Sequence record: NC_014260.1
Length of the DNA: 64,000 nucleotides
Origin: Escherichia phage IME08
Reading direction: 5' to 3' (one strand)
In this document: positions 1 through 8,739 of the stretch, one piece after another
How the letters are laid out: each line of letters opens with the position of its first letter
How positions within the stretch are numbered: the stretch's first letter is position 1
Program-made: the position numbers and the translations under genes
The notes under the pieces: generated by a model
The model's input: only the letters and a program-made list of their open reading frames with translations
The model's database searches: none
What the model was told of the DNA's origin: nothing

Positions 1-14
1 AATATTTCCTTAGA

Positions 15-2225
15 TTAAGCCGCTTCCACGGCTTTCATGAATTTAACGATTTGAGCTACAGAAGCCTCGGTAATGGATGTTCCACGACGATACATGTAGT
101 CCGAAACTAAATGGTAATCAGATTCAAACTGTACAGTCATTTTATCATTGTTGCTTGAAGCATTATTGGTTAACGTATTAAACGTATTGTTACAAATTCT
201 CTTGGTGATATTCAATTTATCATCAGTGATATATCCATGGAAATTCATATAACGGAATATATCATAGAAATTGCTCAGACGAGTATATGTTTCAGACACC
301 GGCTTATCACTGAAATATTTAGTCATAAAACCAAGCTCAGGGAACTTAGCAATGATTTCAAGATAATACCTTGCACGGGTATTACTGCCAATATAATCAT
401 CAATATCTACAGCATCTAATGCTTCGGCATAAGCTTCTAACGTGGTTTCCATCAAGCATTCGCACTGGCCTAACTTTTTAATCTTTTTGGCAATCTGAGG
501 GCGAATGATATGGAATTCGGTAGCACCAATCAAATTAGCCATACGGCACATAGTAGTGGTGTTGATGTCAAAGATACCATAAGCTTCGTCCATTCCCATG
601 ATATCAGAACGGCTGCCAAACAGAACATAACCGGTAATTTCTTCTGCTTCAGCTGCGGTCAAATACATGGTCTCTGTTTGCCAGCGCCCGTCTTTAATGA
701 ACCAACGATAAGCACTTGGCGTTTTAGGACGAGGTTCTGACGAACGAACCGTAACCGGAATCCATGGCTTAACAATTTTATTCAGTTCAGAGACTTTATA
801 AAAATGAATTGTGTCACCTTTAAAAAGTTCTTTAACCTTTTCAAGCTGCTGCATTTGCAACATTGAATTTGGGTCGACAAAAATAAGGTCTGTCCCGTAT
901 TTAGGAATATTGTGCTCTTTAACAATTTTCTTGGCTGAAGCACTGTTGTCCATTGCCAGGGCCCAAAGTCCTCGAACTAATGGCACACGGCCCTTTTCAT
1001 CATCATAAACAACATGGATTTCTTTCTTATTAATGCCTAATAAATTACTAAGTCCTGCTACCGAAGAAGTATTACCACTTGACTTAATTCGTTTCAAACG
1101 CGGGTCTATACAAACTTCATAAACAACGCCTAAATTAAGAAGGTCGTTTTGAAGTGTATAACGCTGGTATAATTTCTCGTATGTTAATTTTTCAGTTGTG
1201 AACTGTTTAGTAATGCCTCTTTTAGAAAGATAATCACGGGCACTATAACCAAGGTTAGAGAGGTCACGATAAACATGGCGCGGATTATCAGATTCAACCC
1301 ATTCCTTCGTATCATTTTTAAAGACTACCGCATCTAGTGCTTCAATACGGGTTGCAATATTTTCCATTGTACGTTTATCAAGAGACAGCACTTCACGAGA
1401 TGGAGCAATATCTAACGAACCCATAGGGAACTTAATATAAACTACATCATGGCGAGTACGCATCCATGTGCCTTTATTATAAGCTGAATCTAATGGATAG
1501 ACGATGCCACCATAAACTGCATAAAGACCTGAACGTTCGAAATCGCCATAACCTGTATCGGTTACCGGGTAGTAGTCTTCGAATTCAGGGAAATAATCAA
1601 CTTCAGCACCGTCAACATCGCCAAGTCCAATGAAAGGCCGCATGATATAACGAACTTCAGTTTCGAACTTACGGAAGTCTTCTTCGTCCACAGGAACTGT
1701 GATTTCGATACCTGTTTTATCACCTGGCTGCATAGGTTCGACGAAAGTAGGTTTAATCTGCGGCCCATCACCGTCCATATACGCTACATATCCACGAACT
1801 TCACCGTTATGCCATGACGTGATATTAAACGTTTCGGTATAACTGAACGGAGATTTTGAACCAAGACCAAAGCCACCGATAAAATCGTTAGAAGCTGTTT
1901 TGGATGATGCGAAATAAGAGTTATACAACCCCGTTTCGTTTTCATCACCACGAATTTGGAAATCACTCATGCCTGGCCCGAAATCACGGCATACGAAACG
2001 TGGGTCTAGTTTACCGGGAACCTGTACTTTCCAACGTTCTTTATTACCATTCAGAATATGGGCGTCAATCATATTAGTAATTAGTTCACGTACTACAGCA
2101 CGTACTTTATTACTATAAAGGTCTGATGACAGAATTTTAAAGACCTTAGGCGATGCCTGGATAGTAAAGCCTGTGGACTTAGCGCCATTACCAATGATTT
2201 GTTCTTTTTCGGTTTCAATAATCAT
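15..2225 (-). CDS. rIIA: rIIA membrane-associated protein with N-terminal GHKL-type ATPase region
   Basis: 736 aa; N-terminal 150 aa near-identical in pattern to T4 RIIA as recalled (RAVVRELITNMIDAH, FVCRDFGPGMS, GGFGLGSKSPFSYT); first gene in T4 coordinate order. Confidence 0.95.
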   Translation of the reverse strand: MIIETEKEQIIGNGAKSTGFTIQASPKVFKILSSDLYSNKVRAVVRELITNMIDAHILNGNKERWKVQVPGKLDPRFVCRDFGPGMSDFQIRGDENETGLYNSYFASSKTASNDFIGGFGLGSKSPFSYTETFNITSWHNGEVRGYVAYMDGDGPQIKPTFVEPMQPGDKTGIEITVPVDEEDFRKFETEVRYIMRPFIGLGDVDGAEVDYFPEFEDYYPVTDTGYGDFERSGLYAVYGGIVYPLDSAYNKGTWMRTRHDVVYIKFPMGSLDIAPSREVLSLDKRTMENIATRIEALDAVVFKNDTKEWVESDNPRHVYRDLSNLGYSARDYLSKRGITKQFTTEKLTYEKLYQRYTLQNDLLNLGVVYEVCIDPRLKRIKSSGNTSSVAGLSNLLGINKKEIHVVYDDEKGRVPLVRGLWALAMDNSASAKKIVKEHNIPKYGTDLIFVDPNSMLQMQQLEKVKELFKGDTIHFYKVSELNKIVKPWIPVTVRSSEPRPKTPSAYRWFIKDGRWQTETMYLTAAEAEEITGYVLFGSRSDIMGMDEAYGIFDINTTTMCRMANLIGATEFHIIRPQIAKKIKKLGQCECLMETTLEAYAEALDAVDIDDYIGSNTRARYYLEIIAKFPELGFMTKYFSDKPVSETYTRLSNFYDIFRYMNFHGYITDDKLNITKRICNNTFNTLTNNASSNNDKMTVQFESDYHLVSDYMYRRGTSITEASVAQIVKFMKAVEAA

Positions 2226-2232
2226 ATTTTTC

Positions 2233-2436
2233 TCAATTCAGGTTACGTTTAAAAATATCTGCCACTTCAAGGAGCTCGTCCTTAGTAGCGATGTCGTTGA
2301 GTATTTTATATCTGATTTCTTTAAAGCGTTCTTTAAAATCCTCAGCTGCATTGATATCAAAAAATCGCTGGATTAGCCGGAATTCTTTATGGACGGCTTT
2401 ATCGAACAAATCAATATTCACTTTAAAGTTTGTCAT
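2233..2436 (-). CDS. small protein immediately upstream of rIIA (rIIA.1 position)
   Basis: 67 aa ORF abutting the rIIA start, same strand; assigned by position only. Confidence 0.5.
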   Translation of the reverse strand: MTNFKVNIDLFDKAVHKEFRLIQRFFDINAAEDFKERFKEIRYKILNDIATKDELLEVADIFKRNLN

Positions 2437-2773
2437 TTTTAACTATCTCATGTTGAACATATTCTCTGGTAGAACCCAGTTCAGCCAGAATTCTTCTCAT
2501 AGAACCCATTGTACTTTTGTGCTCTCTGTGGCGATACATTATCTCTAAAACCTTTTCCTGGACAACAGGAGAGAGCGCCTGGTTATCTTTAATCTTTAAG
2601 GCAATAGATTTTACAGCCTTAAGGTATTCAAGTCCCTTACCGCTTGTAGTCACTACTCCTTCATCTTTACAGTTACGAATAGCCGTTTCCATAAAGGATA
2701 AAGCCAGGTTGTCAGTGTTCACTATACTGTTATCTTGCATAATCATATTCTCACCTCTAGATAATCCTATCAC
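2423..2773 (-). CDS. hypothetical protein
   Basis: 116 aa ORF between gene 39 and rIIA.1; no motif recognised; start may be an internal Met. Confidence 0.45.
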   Translation of the reverse strand: MIGLSRGENMIMQDNSIVNTDNLALSFMETAIRNCKDEGVVTTSGKGLEYLKAVKSIALKIKDNQALSPVVQEKVLEIMYRHREHKSTMGSMRRILAELGSTREYVQHEIVKNDKL

Positions 2774-2795
2774 GGTTTTGTTATGTTGTAAACCC

Positions 2796-2816
2796 CGAAA
2801 AGGGCCTTGCGGCCCT
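2796..2816 (-). terminator. stem-loop GGGCC-ttgc-GGCCC followed by U-run on minus-strand transcript
   Basis: perfect 5-bp GC stem, 4-nt loop, then TTTTC on the minus strand; downstream of gene 39. Confidence 0.5.
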
Positions 2817-3015
2817 TAATTATTCAATTTTGTAGACTTGTCCTCGAACTTGATAAAATTCGCCTTCCCAGGTTTCTACCATAATGGTCACGTACTCTGC
2901 GAACAAAGGTCTCTTCTCAGCCCAGAGATATCCAAATTCACCGGTGGCTAGCGTTATCCAGTACTTTCTCATAAAGTCTCCTAATTGTATGGCACTCATG
3001 TACCATACATATTTA

Positions 3016-4833
3016 TTACGACATCCAGGCCTTACGGAGTTGAGGGTCGTTTCCGAGGAGCATTTCGAACTGTTCTTTCCAATCTTCAGGCAATTGAACC
3101 ACATCAAATTTAGGGTCTTGAATCATTCGACGGTATTCAGCCTTCTCAAGAGAACCTAGTCCTTTGATATAACGAATGGAGTGTTTTGGTAGAGAGTCCT
3201 TAGCTTTGGTATAACTAGGAACATCATAGAACCATTCCTGTTCTTTACCCACCTGAGCAATAATTACTGGAGTTTTACAGAATCGTACTCGGCCTTGTTC
3301 GAACAATTCAGGCCATTGACTAAAGAAGGCTAGCAATGATGGATAAATCGAACCAGTACCATCCACATCGGCATCAGTCATGATAGCGATATTACGATAG
3401 TTAGTTTTCTCTGCAGGTTCGCCAATAACCAGTCCAGTGATTGCACAGATATCAAATAGTTCCTTGTTCTTCATGATATCTGTTGCTGTCATTCCCCAGG
3501 TATTCATAACCTTACCACGTAATGGATAACCACCTTGAAGGTCTTTATTACGAACTTCAATGAAAGGACCCATAGCGGAATCGCCTTCGGTTAAGAACAA
3601 AGTCGTATCAGCATCTTTGCCGTATAAGTTGGCTTTAATATGCTTATGGACCTTGGCTTTAGAAGCTTTCTTAGCGGCTTTAGTTTCAGCTGCCTTTTCA
3701 GCTGCTAATTTACGTGCTAAAGCAGCTTCAACGATAGGCATAATCAACCCTTCGTCTTTAAGAATATACTGTGAGATTTTCTTTGCATCAATTTGAATAT
3801 GATTACGAATTTCACCGAATGGTGACGTCAAACGTTCTTTAGTCTGGGAATCAAAACGCATATTACTCATATCGCGAATGAACATCAGCATAGTTAAGCA
3901 TTCTTTAACTCGTGCCTTACTTACTTCGATGCCTTTATATTTCTTCTTGATGCCTGGCAAGAGATGTTCGCAGATATCATCAAACACACATTCAACATGA
4001 TGACCACCATTCTTAGTATGAATATTGTTCACATAAGTTAGGTGACGGAATCCATCCGGAGATGTAGTAAATGCCATTGAGACATTATCGGTTTCTTGAA
4101 TTACTACATCTTTACCAAATTGATTAGCATACTTTTTAAAGTTACCATCTACTTTTTTACCATTAAAAGTAAATTGGATACTAGGATAAATTACAGCTAG
4201 AGTTTTAAGACGATCTAGAGTAATATCCAGATAAATTTGTGATAGAGAGTTCTCTTCAAAATGATTAAAGTCTGGAGTGAATATAACCGAAGTACCCTTA
4301 CCTTTAGATTTCTTAGTAGACCAACCTTTGTTTTCCATTCCATTGGAACAGTTAACTGTAATTTCATTCTCGCCATCAGAGGTGATGCCTGTGAACAAAA
4401 CAGAGAAGATATTAGTTAAACTACTACCGACACCATTCATGCCGCCTGTCTTACGCTCTGCGTCATCTCCAAAGTTACCGCCAGCCTTTGGAATAGTCCA
4501 TGCAGCTACAGGACCTGGAATCTGTTCACCATTTTGGTCGGTGACCATTGCTTGTGGAATACCACGACCATTATCAGAAACCGAAACCTGGTTATTCTTA
4601 ATTTGAACATCAATTTTATTTGCGAATTTAAAATTGGTACGAATAGCTTCATCGACAGAGTTATCAATGATTTCGTCAATTAATTTAACCAGTCCAGGAA
4701 CATAGTTCACCTGAGTAAAATTACCAAACAGGAATCGACCGTGGGCTTCATTAGCACTGGAGCCAATATACATCCCACTACGTTTTTTGATATGTTCAAT
4801 GTCGGACAGTACTTTAATTTCATTCTTAATCAT
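3016..4833 (-). CDS. 39: DNA topoisomerase II large subunit, continuous ATPase + Toprim ORF (T4 39 and 60 equivalents fused)
   Basis: 605 aa; GyrB-like ATPase motifs (SDNGRGIP, GGMNGVGSS) and C-terminal Toprim motif (IMTDADVDG) in one reading frame. Confidence 0.9.
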   Translation of the reverse strand: MIKNEIKVLSDIEHIKKRSGMYIGSSANEAHGRFLFGNFTQVNYVPGLVKLIDEIIDNSVDEAIRTNFKFANKIDVQIKNNQVSVSDNGRGIPQAMVTDQNGEQIPGPVAAWTIPKAGGNFGDDAERKTGGMNGVGSSLTNIFSVLFTGITSDGENEITVNCSNGMENKGWSTKKSKGKGTSVIFTPDFNHFEENSLSQIYLDITLDRLKTLAVIYPSIQFTFNGKKVDGNFKKYANQFGKDVVIQETDNVSMAFTTSPDGFRHLTYVNNIHTKNGGHHVECVFDDICEHLLPGIKKKYKGIEVSKARVKECLTMLMFIRDMSNMRFDSQTKERLTSPFGEIRNHIQIDAKKISQYILKDEGLIMPIVEAALARKLAAEKAAETKAAKKASKAKVHKHIKANLYGKDADTTLFLTEGDSAMGPFIEVRNKDLQGGYPLRGKVMNTWGMTATDIMKNKELFDICAITGLVIGEPAEKTNYRNIAIMTDADVDGTGSIYPSLLAFFSQWPELFEQGRVRFCKTPVIIAQVGKEQEWFYDVPSYTKAKDSLPKHSIRYIKGLGSLEKAEYRRMIQDPKFDVVQLPEDWKEQFEMLLGNDPQLRKAWMS

Positions 4834-4882
4834 GTTATTTCCTCATGTAGTAGGAGAATATTATCCCATTTCACTTAAAGCA

Positions 4883-4900
4883 TAAAAGGGCCGAAGCCCT
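4883..4900 (-). terminator. GGGC-UUCG-GCCC tetraloop hairpin plus U-run
   Basis: on minus strand reads GGGCttcgGCCCtttt; overlaps stop of the lipoprotein ORF. Confidence 0.5.
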
Positions 4901-5160
4901 TAATCAAATCGAATGGTCGACTTTTTAAAGAACAACCCAGAACAAACGGTTCCTTCAACCCTTTTACCTGTCGGACCCACAGCAATAAAGCCTGTACGTT
5001 GGAAATCATCTTCAGAGCAGCCAAATAGGTTGTATCCCGTGATTTGGATTTGTTCGTAGCCATTTGCATCCAATACACGGGTAGCATTATCAGCATCAGT
5101 ACAACCAACCAACGAAACGGCTAATACAAGAGCTGCAATAGAACGATTAATATATTTCAT
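4900..5160 (-). CDS. putative lipoprotein
   Basis: 86 aa; N-terminal signal peptide with lipobox LVGC. Confidence 0.6.
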   Translation of the reverse strand: MKYINRSIAALVLAVSLVGCTDADNATRVLDANGYEQIQITGYNLFGCSEDDFQRTGFIAVGPTGKRVEGTVCSGLFFKKSTIRFD

Positions 5161-5166
5161 AATTTC

Positions 5167-5343
5167 TCACTTAGTCAGCAGGTCGTAAAAACCGCCATTA
5201 ACATGTTTAGGAGCCGAGACTAACCGAACAGCCAGCCGATGGCAATCAGGACAAACATCATTATCTCTTTCAGAGATTTTCTTGATTTTTTCGTATTCTT
5301 TTGCACAGTCTTCAGATTGGCATTTGTAATCATAAAGTGGCAT
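5167..5343 (-). CDS. small zinc-ribbon protein (FmdB-like CxxC...CPxC)
   Basis: 58 aa ORF below the track cutoff, hand-translated: MPLYDYKCQSEDCAKEYE...CPDCHRL; AAGGA Shine-Dalgarno 5 nt upstream of ATG. Confidence 0.6.
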   Translation of the reverse strand: MPLYDYKCQSEDCAKEYEKIKKISERDNDVCPDCHRLAVRLVSAPKHVNGGFYDLLTK

Positions 5344-5344
5344 A

Positions 5345-5782
5345 TTATTCCTTAAAGTGCGCTTTCAGCATCTGGTAAACAGTCCAGGCTTCAGAATTAT
5401 TAGAGATAGTGATTTTAGTCAAAGGGAAATCACTCGGTTCAGATGGAGCTGCATCTTCAGATTGGTCTTCGTCTTCAGAGAAACCATCTTCAGCCCATTC
5501 GTCTTCACTGTCAACTACAACCATTTCTGTAAAGAATTTACGCTCGCTTGGATATAAAACCATATCAGTGTTATCACCATAGGCCAAGTCCACGTTCATT
5601 ACATAACCGGCCGCTAATCTAGCAGGGCAAAAACCTTCAGAATTGACAATAATATCTGCTATAGAAGAATTATCAAGACTCCTAATATTACTGGAATTCA
5701 GGTTACGGAATTCGGCTTCAGCCGCATCATCTTTAAAATAATACCATTTACCTTTTTCAAATTCAAGTTCTTGATTAAGCAT
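5345..5782 (-). CDS. hypothetical acidic protein
   Basis: start moved to internal ATG at 5782 with GGAAGGAGA SD, abutting the stop of the upstream gene (ATGCTTAA); strongly acidic stretch DSEDEWAEDGFSEDEDQSEDAAPSEPSD. Confidence 0.6.
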   Translation of the reverse strand: MLNQELEFEKGKWYYFKDDAAEAEFRNLNSSNIRSLDNSSIADIIVNSEGFCPARLAAGYVMNVDLAYGDNTDMVLYPSERKFFTEMVVVDSEDEWAEDGFSEDEDQSEDAAPSEPSDFPLTKITISNNSEAWTVYQMLKAHFKE

Positions 5783-5993
5783 TATAAGTCTCCTTCCAGA
5801 AGTCGGTGCCTTCAGCAGTGATTTCACGGAACACTGCATAGATAGGATTTTTATCGCCTTGGTTTTCGTATACATAAACCGACGATAAATGAGAAAACGT
5901 ATCAGAATGTTCCTTTTGAACCACGATTAAATCAGGGTTGAACAGAACATCTTCAAATTCTTCACGAGTCGAGTTCATAGTAACTTTAGCCAT
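5775..5993 (-). CDS. hypothetical protein
   Basis: 72 aa ORF with promoter-like element upstream. Confidence 0.5.
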   Translation of the reverse strand: MAKVTMNSTREEFEDVLFNPDLIVVQKEHSDTFSHLSSVYVYENQGDKNPIYAVFREITAEGTDFWKETYNA

Positions 5994-6015
5994 TTTATTT
6001 TCCTCTCATTTGTTG

Positions 6016-6053
6016 ATAGGGTAATAATATCACTACCCTACCATATTGTATAC
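6016..6053 (-). promoter_or_regulatory. sigma70-type early promoter (variant -35 GTATAC, -10 TATTAT) with conserved CTATCAAC block
   Basis: plus strand shows gttgatagg...ataata...gtatac 20-60 nt above the start of ORF 5775..5993. Confidence 0.45.
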
Positions 6054-6065
6054 TGTTTTTAAACT

Positions 6066-6632
6066 TTATGCAAAATGAATATCAGCATACTCAACGATAT
6101 AGCTCTCAGGGACAACCTTAAAGGTTCCAAGGAACACGATGTTATAGAGCTTAACGCCTTCTTCAACCCACTGGTCGGTGATGTAACCGGACATACTAGT
6201 GGTTTCATAAGTACCGAAAATTTCGTCATAGTATTCAAACGGCTTAGGGGAAACGAAAAAGACACCTTTACCCAATTCCCATTTAAAATCGACACCCACA
6301 TGAGACTGGTCAATAGTTTCAACGTCTTGAGCTACTACGCCACGGATATCATTGCTTTCACATACATACCCATCATGGGATTCAACTTCTTCAACTACAG
6401 GAGCGATGTACCCAGTGAATTCAGTTGATTCCAAGAATTTAGCACGCACATAAGCGAATTGGGTTTCAGTTTGACCATTTTTAGGAATGATGCGCACTTT
6501 TACTTCAGAATTTTCTTCACTGACACCTTCTTTAAGTTGGATGCTAACAACTTCAACTAAATGGCCTGCAGCTTTTGAACGAGACTTTTTGGATACACGA
6601 ACAATACCGCCGATATCGGAAATAGTAATCAT
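6066..6632 (-). CDS. hypothetical protein, paralog A
   Basis: 188 aa; C-terminal 32 aa (GYITDQWVEEGVKLYNIVFLGTFKVVPESYIV) closely matches the C-terminus of the adjacent 183-aa ORF. Confidence 0.6.
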   Translation of the reverse strand: MITISDIGGIVRVSKKSRSKAAGHLVEVVSIQLKEGVSEENSEVKVRIIPKNGQTETQFAYVRAKFLESTEFTGYIAPVVEEVESHDGYVCESNDIRGVVAQDVETIDQSHVGVDFKWELGKGVFFVSPKPFEYYDEIFGTYETTSMSGYITDQWVEEGVKLYNIVFLGTFKVVPESYIVEYADIHFA

Positions 6633-6674
6633 AATTTTTCTCTCTTGGTTAAAGGTTTATTCTCCATGAGAGCC

Positions 6675-6703
6675 ATTATAACATGGCTCTCGATAAAGTA
6701 AAC
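6675..6703 (-). promoter_or_regulatory. sigma70-type early promoter: -35 GTTTAC, 17-nt spacer, -10 TATAAT, embedded in a 9-bp inverted repeat
   Basis: minus strand reads GTTTACtttatcgagagccatgtTATAATggctctc; GAGAGCCAT / ATGGCTCTC are perfect inverted repeats (6668-6691). Confidence 0.6.
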
Positions 6704-7255
6704 TTAATTATAAATTTTAACCACCATAGAACGAGGTACTACACTAAAACTACCACAGTGAACAACGTTAAGAAGTTCAACACCATCTTCAACCCACTGG
6801 TCTGTTACCCAACCACATATAGGATTATCAAAAGGACGACGGATAGACACAGCAGCACACAGCAGGTCAGTAGGGTCTTGTTCGACTTCAACTTCTTGGA
6901 ACAGGATGAACTCTGCTTCATAAACCAAGATTTTCTCTATTTTGTTATTATCTAATCGACGGCCGTGGATGACGTAAGATTTGGCAAACCAGTCACTTTT
7001 GGTAAATTCTTCAACAATAAATTCGCCTTCGCCAAAAACCTCAGTCAGAGTTTTATGGCCGGAAATCAAGGCATTAGTTTTAATTTCAGGTTCAACCAGT
7101 TTGTAGGTTTTGCCGATTTTGATAGTCTGAGTAGTCATAGTAGGTTCCTTAATTTCCAGTGGTTTAACAGGGCATACATAAGTGCTTAAAACATCAAAAT
7201 CAATCAGTTTAGCTGCCGGATTCGGGGTATATTTAGGGTTATAATTAAATTTCAT
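6704..7255 (-). CDS. hypothetical protein, paralog B
   Basis: 183 aa; C-terminus GWVTDQWVEDGVELLNVVHCGSFSVVPRSMVV similar to paralog A. Confidence 0.6.
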   Translation of the reverse strand: MKFNYNPKYTPNPAAKLIDFDVLSTYVCPVKPLEIKEPTMTTQTIKIGKTYKLVEPEIKTNALISGHKTLTEVFGEGEFIVEEFTKSDWFAKSYVIHGRRLDNNKIEKILVYEAEFILFQEVEVEQDPTDLLCAAVSIRRPFDNPICGWVTDQWVEDGVELLNVVHCGSFSVVPRSMVVKIYN

Positions 7256-7761
7256 ATTGTTCTCAATTCAATAAAATCTACGAGTTCGGCATGAGATTTG
7301 CGGAACATTACTTGGCGACCGCCGATGACAACCTCATCTTCTGGTATTTCGTAAACAGCAAGATAGAATCCTTTAGAAGATAATTCAGCACGCTCTTCAC
7401 GAGTGAACCAGCGCATCATATCATACTCGCTGGCAAAAGCAAAATGGTAGAGGTTAACAAACCAACTAGGGATATAGTTATCTACATCTTTATAATCTTC
7501 ATGTTCGAATTTGGTTTTAATTACCGTATTAGAATTTCTAACCAACAACTTGTCTTGACTTGGTAGTGGAATGTTTGCATTATTGGTGTGGTGGTGTCTA
7601 AAATTAGGTCTGTCGAAACCCACTTCTAATAACCAACCTTCACTCCATTCGTCAAATGAGCCTCTATACGGGGTTAATTGGCGACATTGTTGACGAGTGA
7701 TTGCGATAACATCGCTGTTGTCTAAGATACTGAACGATGACTCCACTCGATAAATTTTCAT
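7252..7761 (-). CDS. hypothetical protein
   Basis: 169 aa ORF with its own early promoter upstream. Confidence 0.55.
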   Translation of the reverse strand: MKIYRVESSFSILDNSDVIAITRQQCRQLTPYRGSFDEWSEGWLLEVGFDRPNFRHHHTNNANIPLPSQDKLLVRNSNTVIKTKFEHEDYKDVDNYIPSWFVNLYHFAFASEYDMMRWFTREERAELSSKGFYLAVYEIPEDEVVIGGRQVMFRKSHAELVDFIELRTI

Positions 7762-7775
7762 TTTGTTCTCCTCAT

Positions 7776-7817
7776 GTTGATAGGGTAGATAATATCATGT
7801 CATGAGGAGAAGTAAAC
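7776..7817 (-). promoter_or_regulatory. sigma70-type early promoter (GTTTAC, 17 nt, TATTAT)
   Basis: plus strand gttgatagggtagataatatcat...gtaaac 15-55 nt above ORF start at 7761. Confidence 0.6.
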
Positions 7818-7821
7818 ACTT

Positions 7822-8496
7822 TTATCGATTTTTTATACTTAATGGGTCAGGATTCTCAGGGACATCTTCCAGGCTCAAGGCGTATCGTTGGGCATATTTA
7901 AGCATCAAGATATCCTTAGCACAGTCATGGATGGAGTCATGAGCAACAAAGCCATTCAATGTTCCGTTAGGCAGAGGACACATGCTCAATCCACGAGTCA
8001 GTGAATAGGCTTCAATGGCCGTACGGATATCGCGTTGGTTCCAGAATTTAACCGGTTCTAATTTACTGGTATCAATTTCATTCTCAGGAACACCTTCAGA
8101 ACGATAAGCATCACGAATTAGGTCGACTAAGATAGGAAAGTCAAAGGACATTCCACGGCACCACATCTGAGATTTCCATTGGTCTACTTCGTTTTTACGG
8201 CAGTATTCCAGGAAATTACCAAGGCCTATAGAAGTGGACACATCAATTTCGGATGGAGCCAGGTTTTTACGTGCTTCAGGCCCTTGCTCTTTCCACCACT
8301 GCAACGTGCTTTTAGAAAACAGTCGTTTATCACGTTGAGAAGCGAGGTCAAATTTAATGCGAAGGCCGCGTTGAGTAAGCTCTTCAAACGTTTCTACAAC
8401 CTCTGGATTAGGGTCGTAAGCAATTACGGCGAGGTCGATAACCGCTGCATTTTGGGTAGTGGCAAAGGTTTCAAAGTCAATAATTATATCTTTCAT
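7822..8496 (-). CDS. dexA: exonuclease A, DnaQ-like 3'-5' exonuclease
   Basis: 224 aa; N-terminal IIIDFETF exonuclease motif; position matches T4 dexA between the motB region and dda. Confidence 0.85.
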   Translation of the reverse strand: MKDIIIDFETFATTQNAAVIDLAVIAYDPNPEVVETFEELTQRGLRIKFDLASQRDKRLFSKSTLQWWKEQGPEARKNLAPSEIDVSTSIGLGNFLEYCRKNEVDQWKSQMWCRGMSFDFPILVDLIRDAYRSEGVPENEIDTSKLEPVKFWNQRDIRTAIEAYSLTRGLSMCPLPNGTLNGFVAHDSIHDCAKDILMLKYAQRYALSLEDVPENPDPLSIKNR

Positions 8497-8732
8497 TTAA
8501 CGTACCTCATAAGGTCGCGGATTTGGCCAACGGTGTAGTCTTCAATATAAACCGAAGAGATATTGTCGTCCATCAGTTTTTGTACAGCAATAAAATCACT
8601 TTCAATCTCTTTAAGAGAATGCAAGACCTTATGAGCCTTGCCACGGATAGTGGTATTGTCTTGGTTGACCTTAATAATATATTCAGTTTCAAATTTCAAC
8701 TTATAAAATTGGTCTTTAGTTACTTTAATCAT
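8493..8732 (-). CDS. hypothetical protein
   Basis: start moved to internal ATG at 8732 with GAGGA SD, just after the dda stop at 8740. Confidence 0.5.
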   Translation of the reverse strand: MIKVTKDQFYKLKFETEYIIKVNQDNTTIRGKAHKVLHSLKEIESDFIAVQKLMDDNISSVYIEDYTVGQIRDLMRYVK

Positions 8733-8739
8733 ATTTTCC

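Noticed and set aside
237-1008. Plus-strand ORFs inside rIIA (237-419, 510-740, 811-1008) and similar plus-strand ORFs throughout the window
   Set aside because: They lie antisense within well-supported minus-strand genes, lack SD sequences and have low-complexity translations; treated as shadow ORFs. Only 15951-16151 (+) was kept because it is intergenic with a consensus SD.
2820-3107. 95-aa minus-strand ORF overlapping the end of gene 39
   Set aside because: The long form overlaps gene 39 by about 90 nt out of frame. A short 59-aa form from the internal ATG at 2999 has only a weak RBS, so it was not annotated.
2423-4833. Gene 60 translational bypass element or split topoisomerase gene
   Set aside because: The ATPase and Toprim regions are in one uninterrupted frame with no stop codon or take-off hairpin, so no bypass is inferred.
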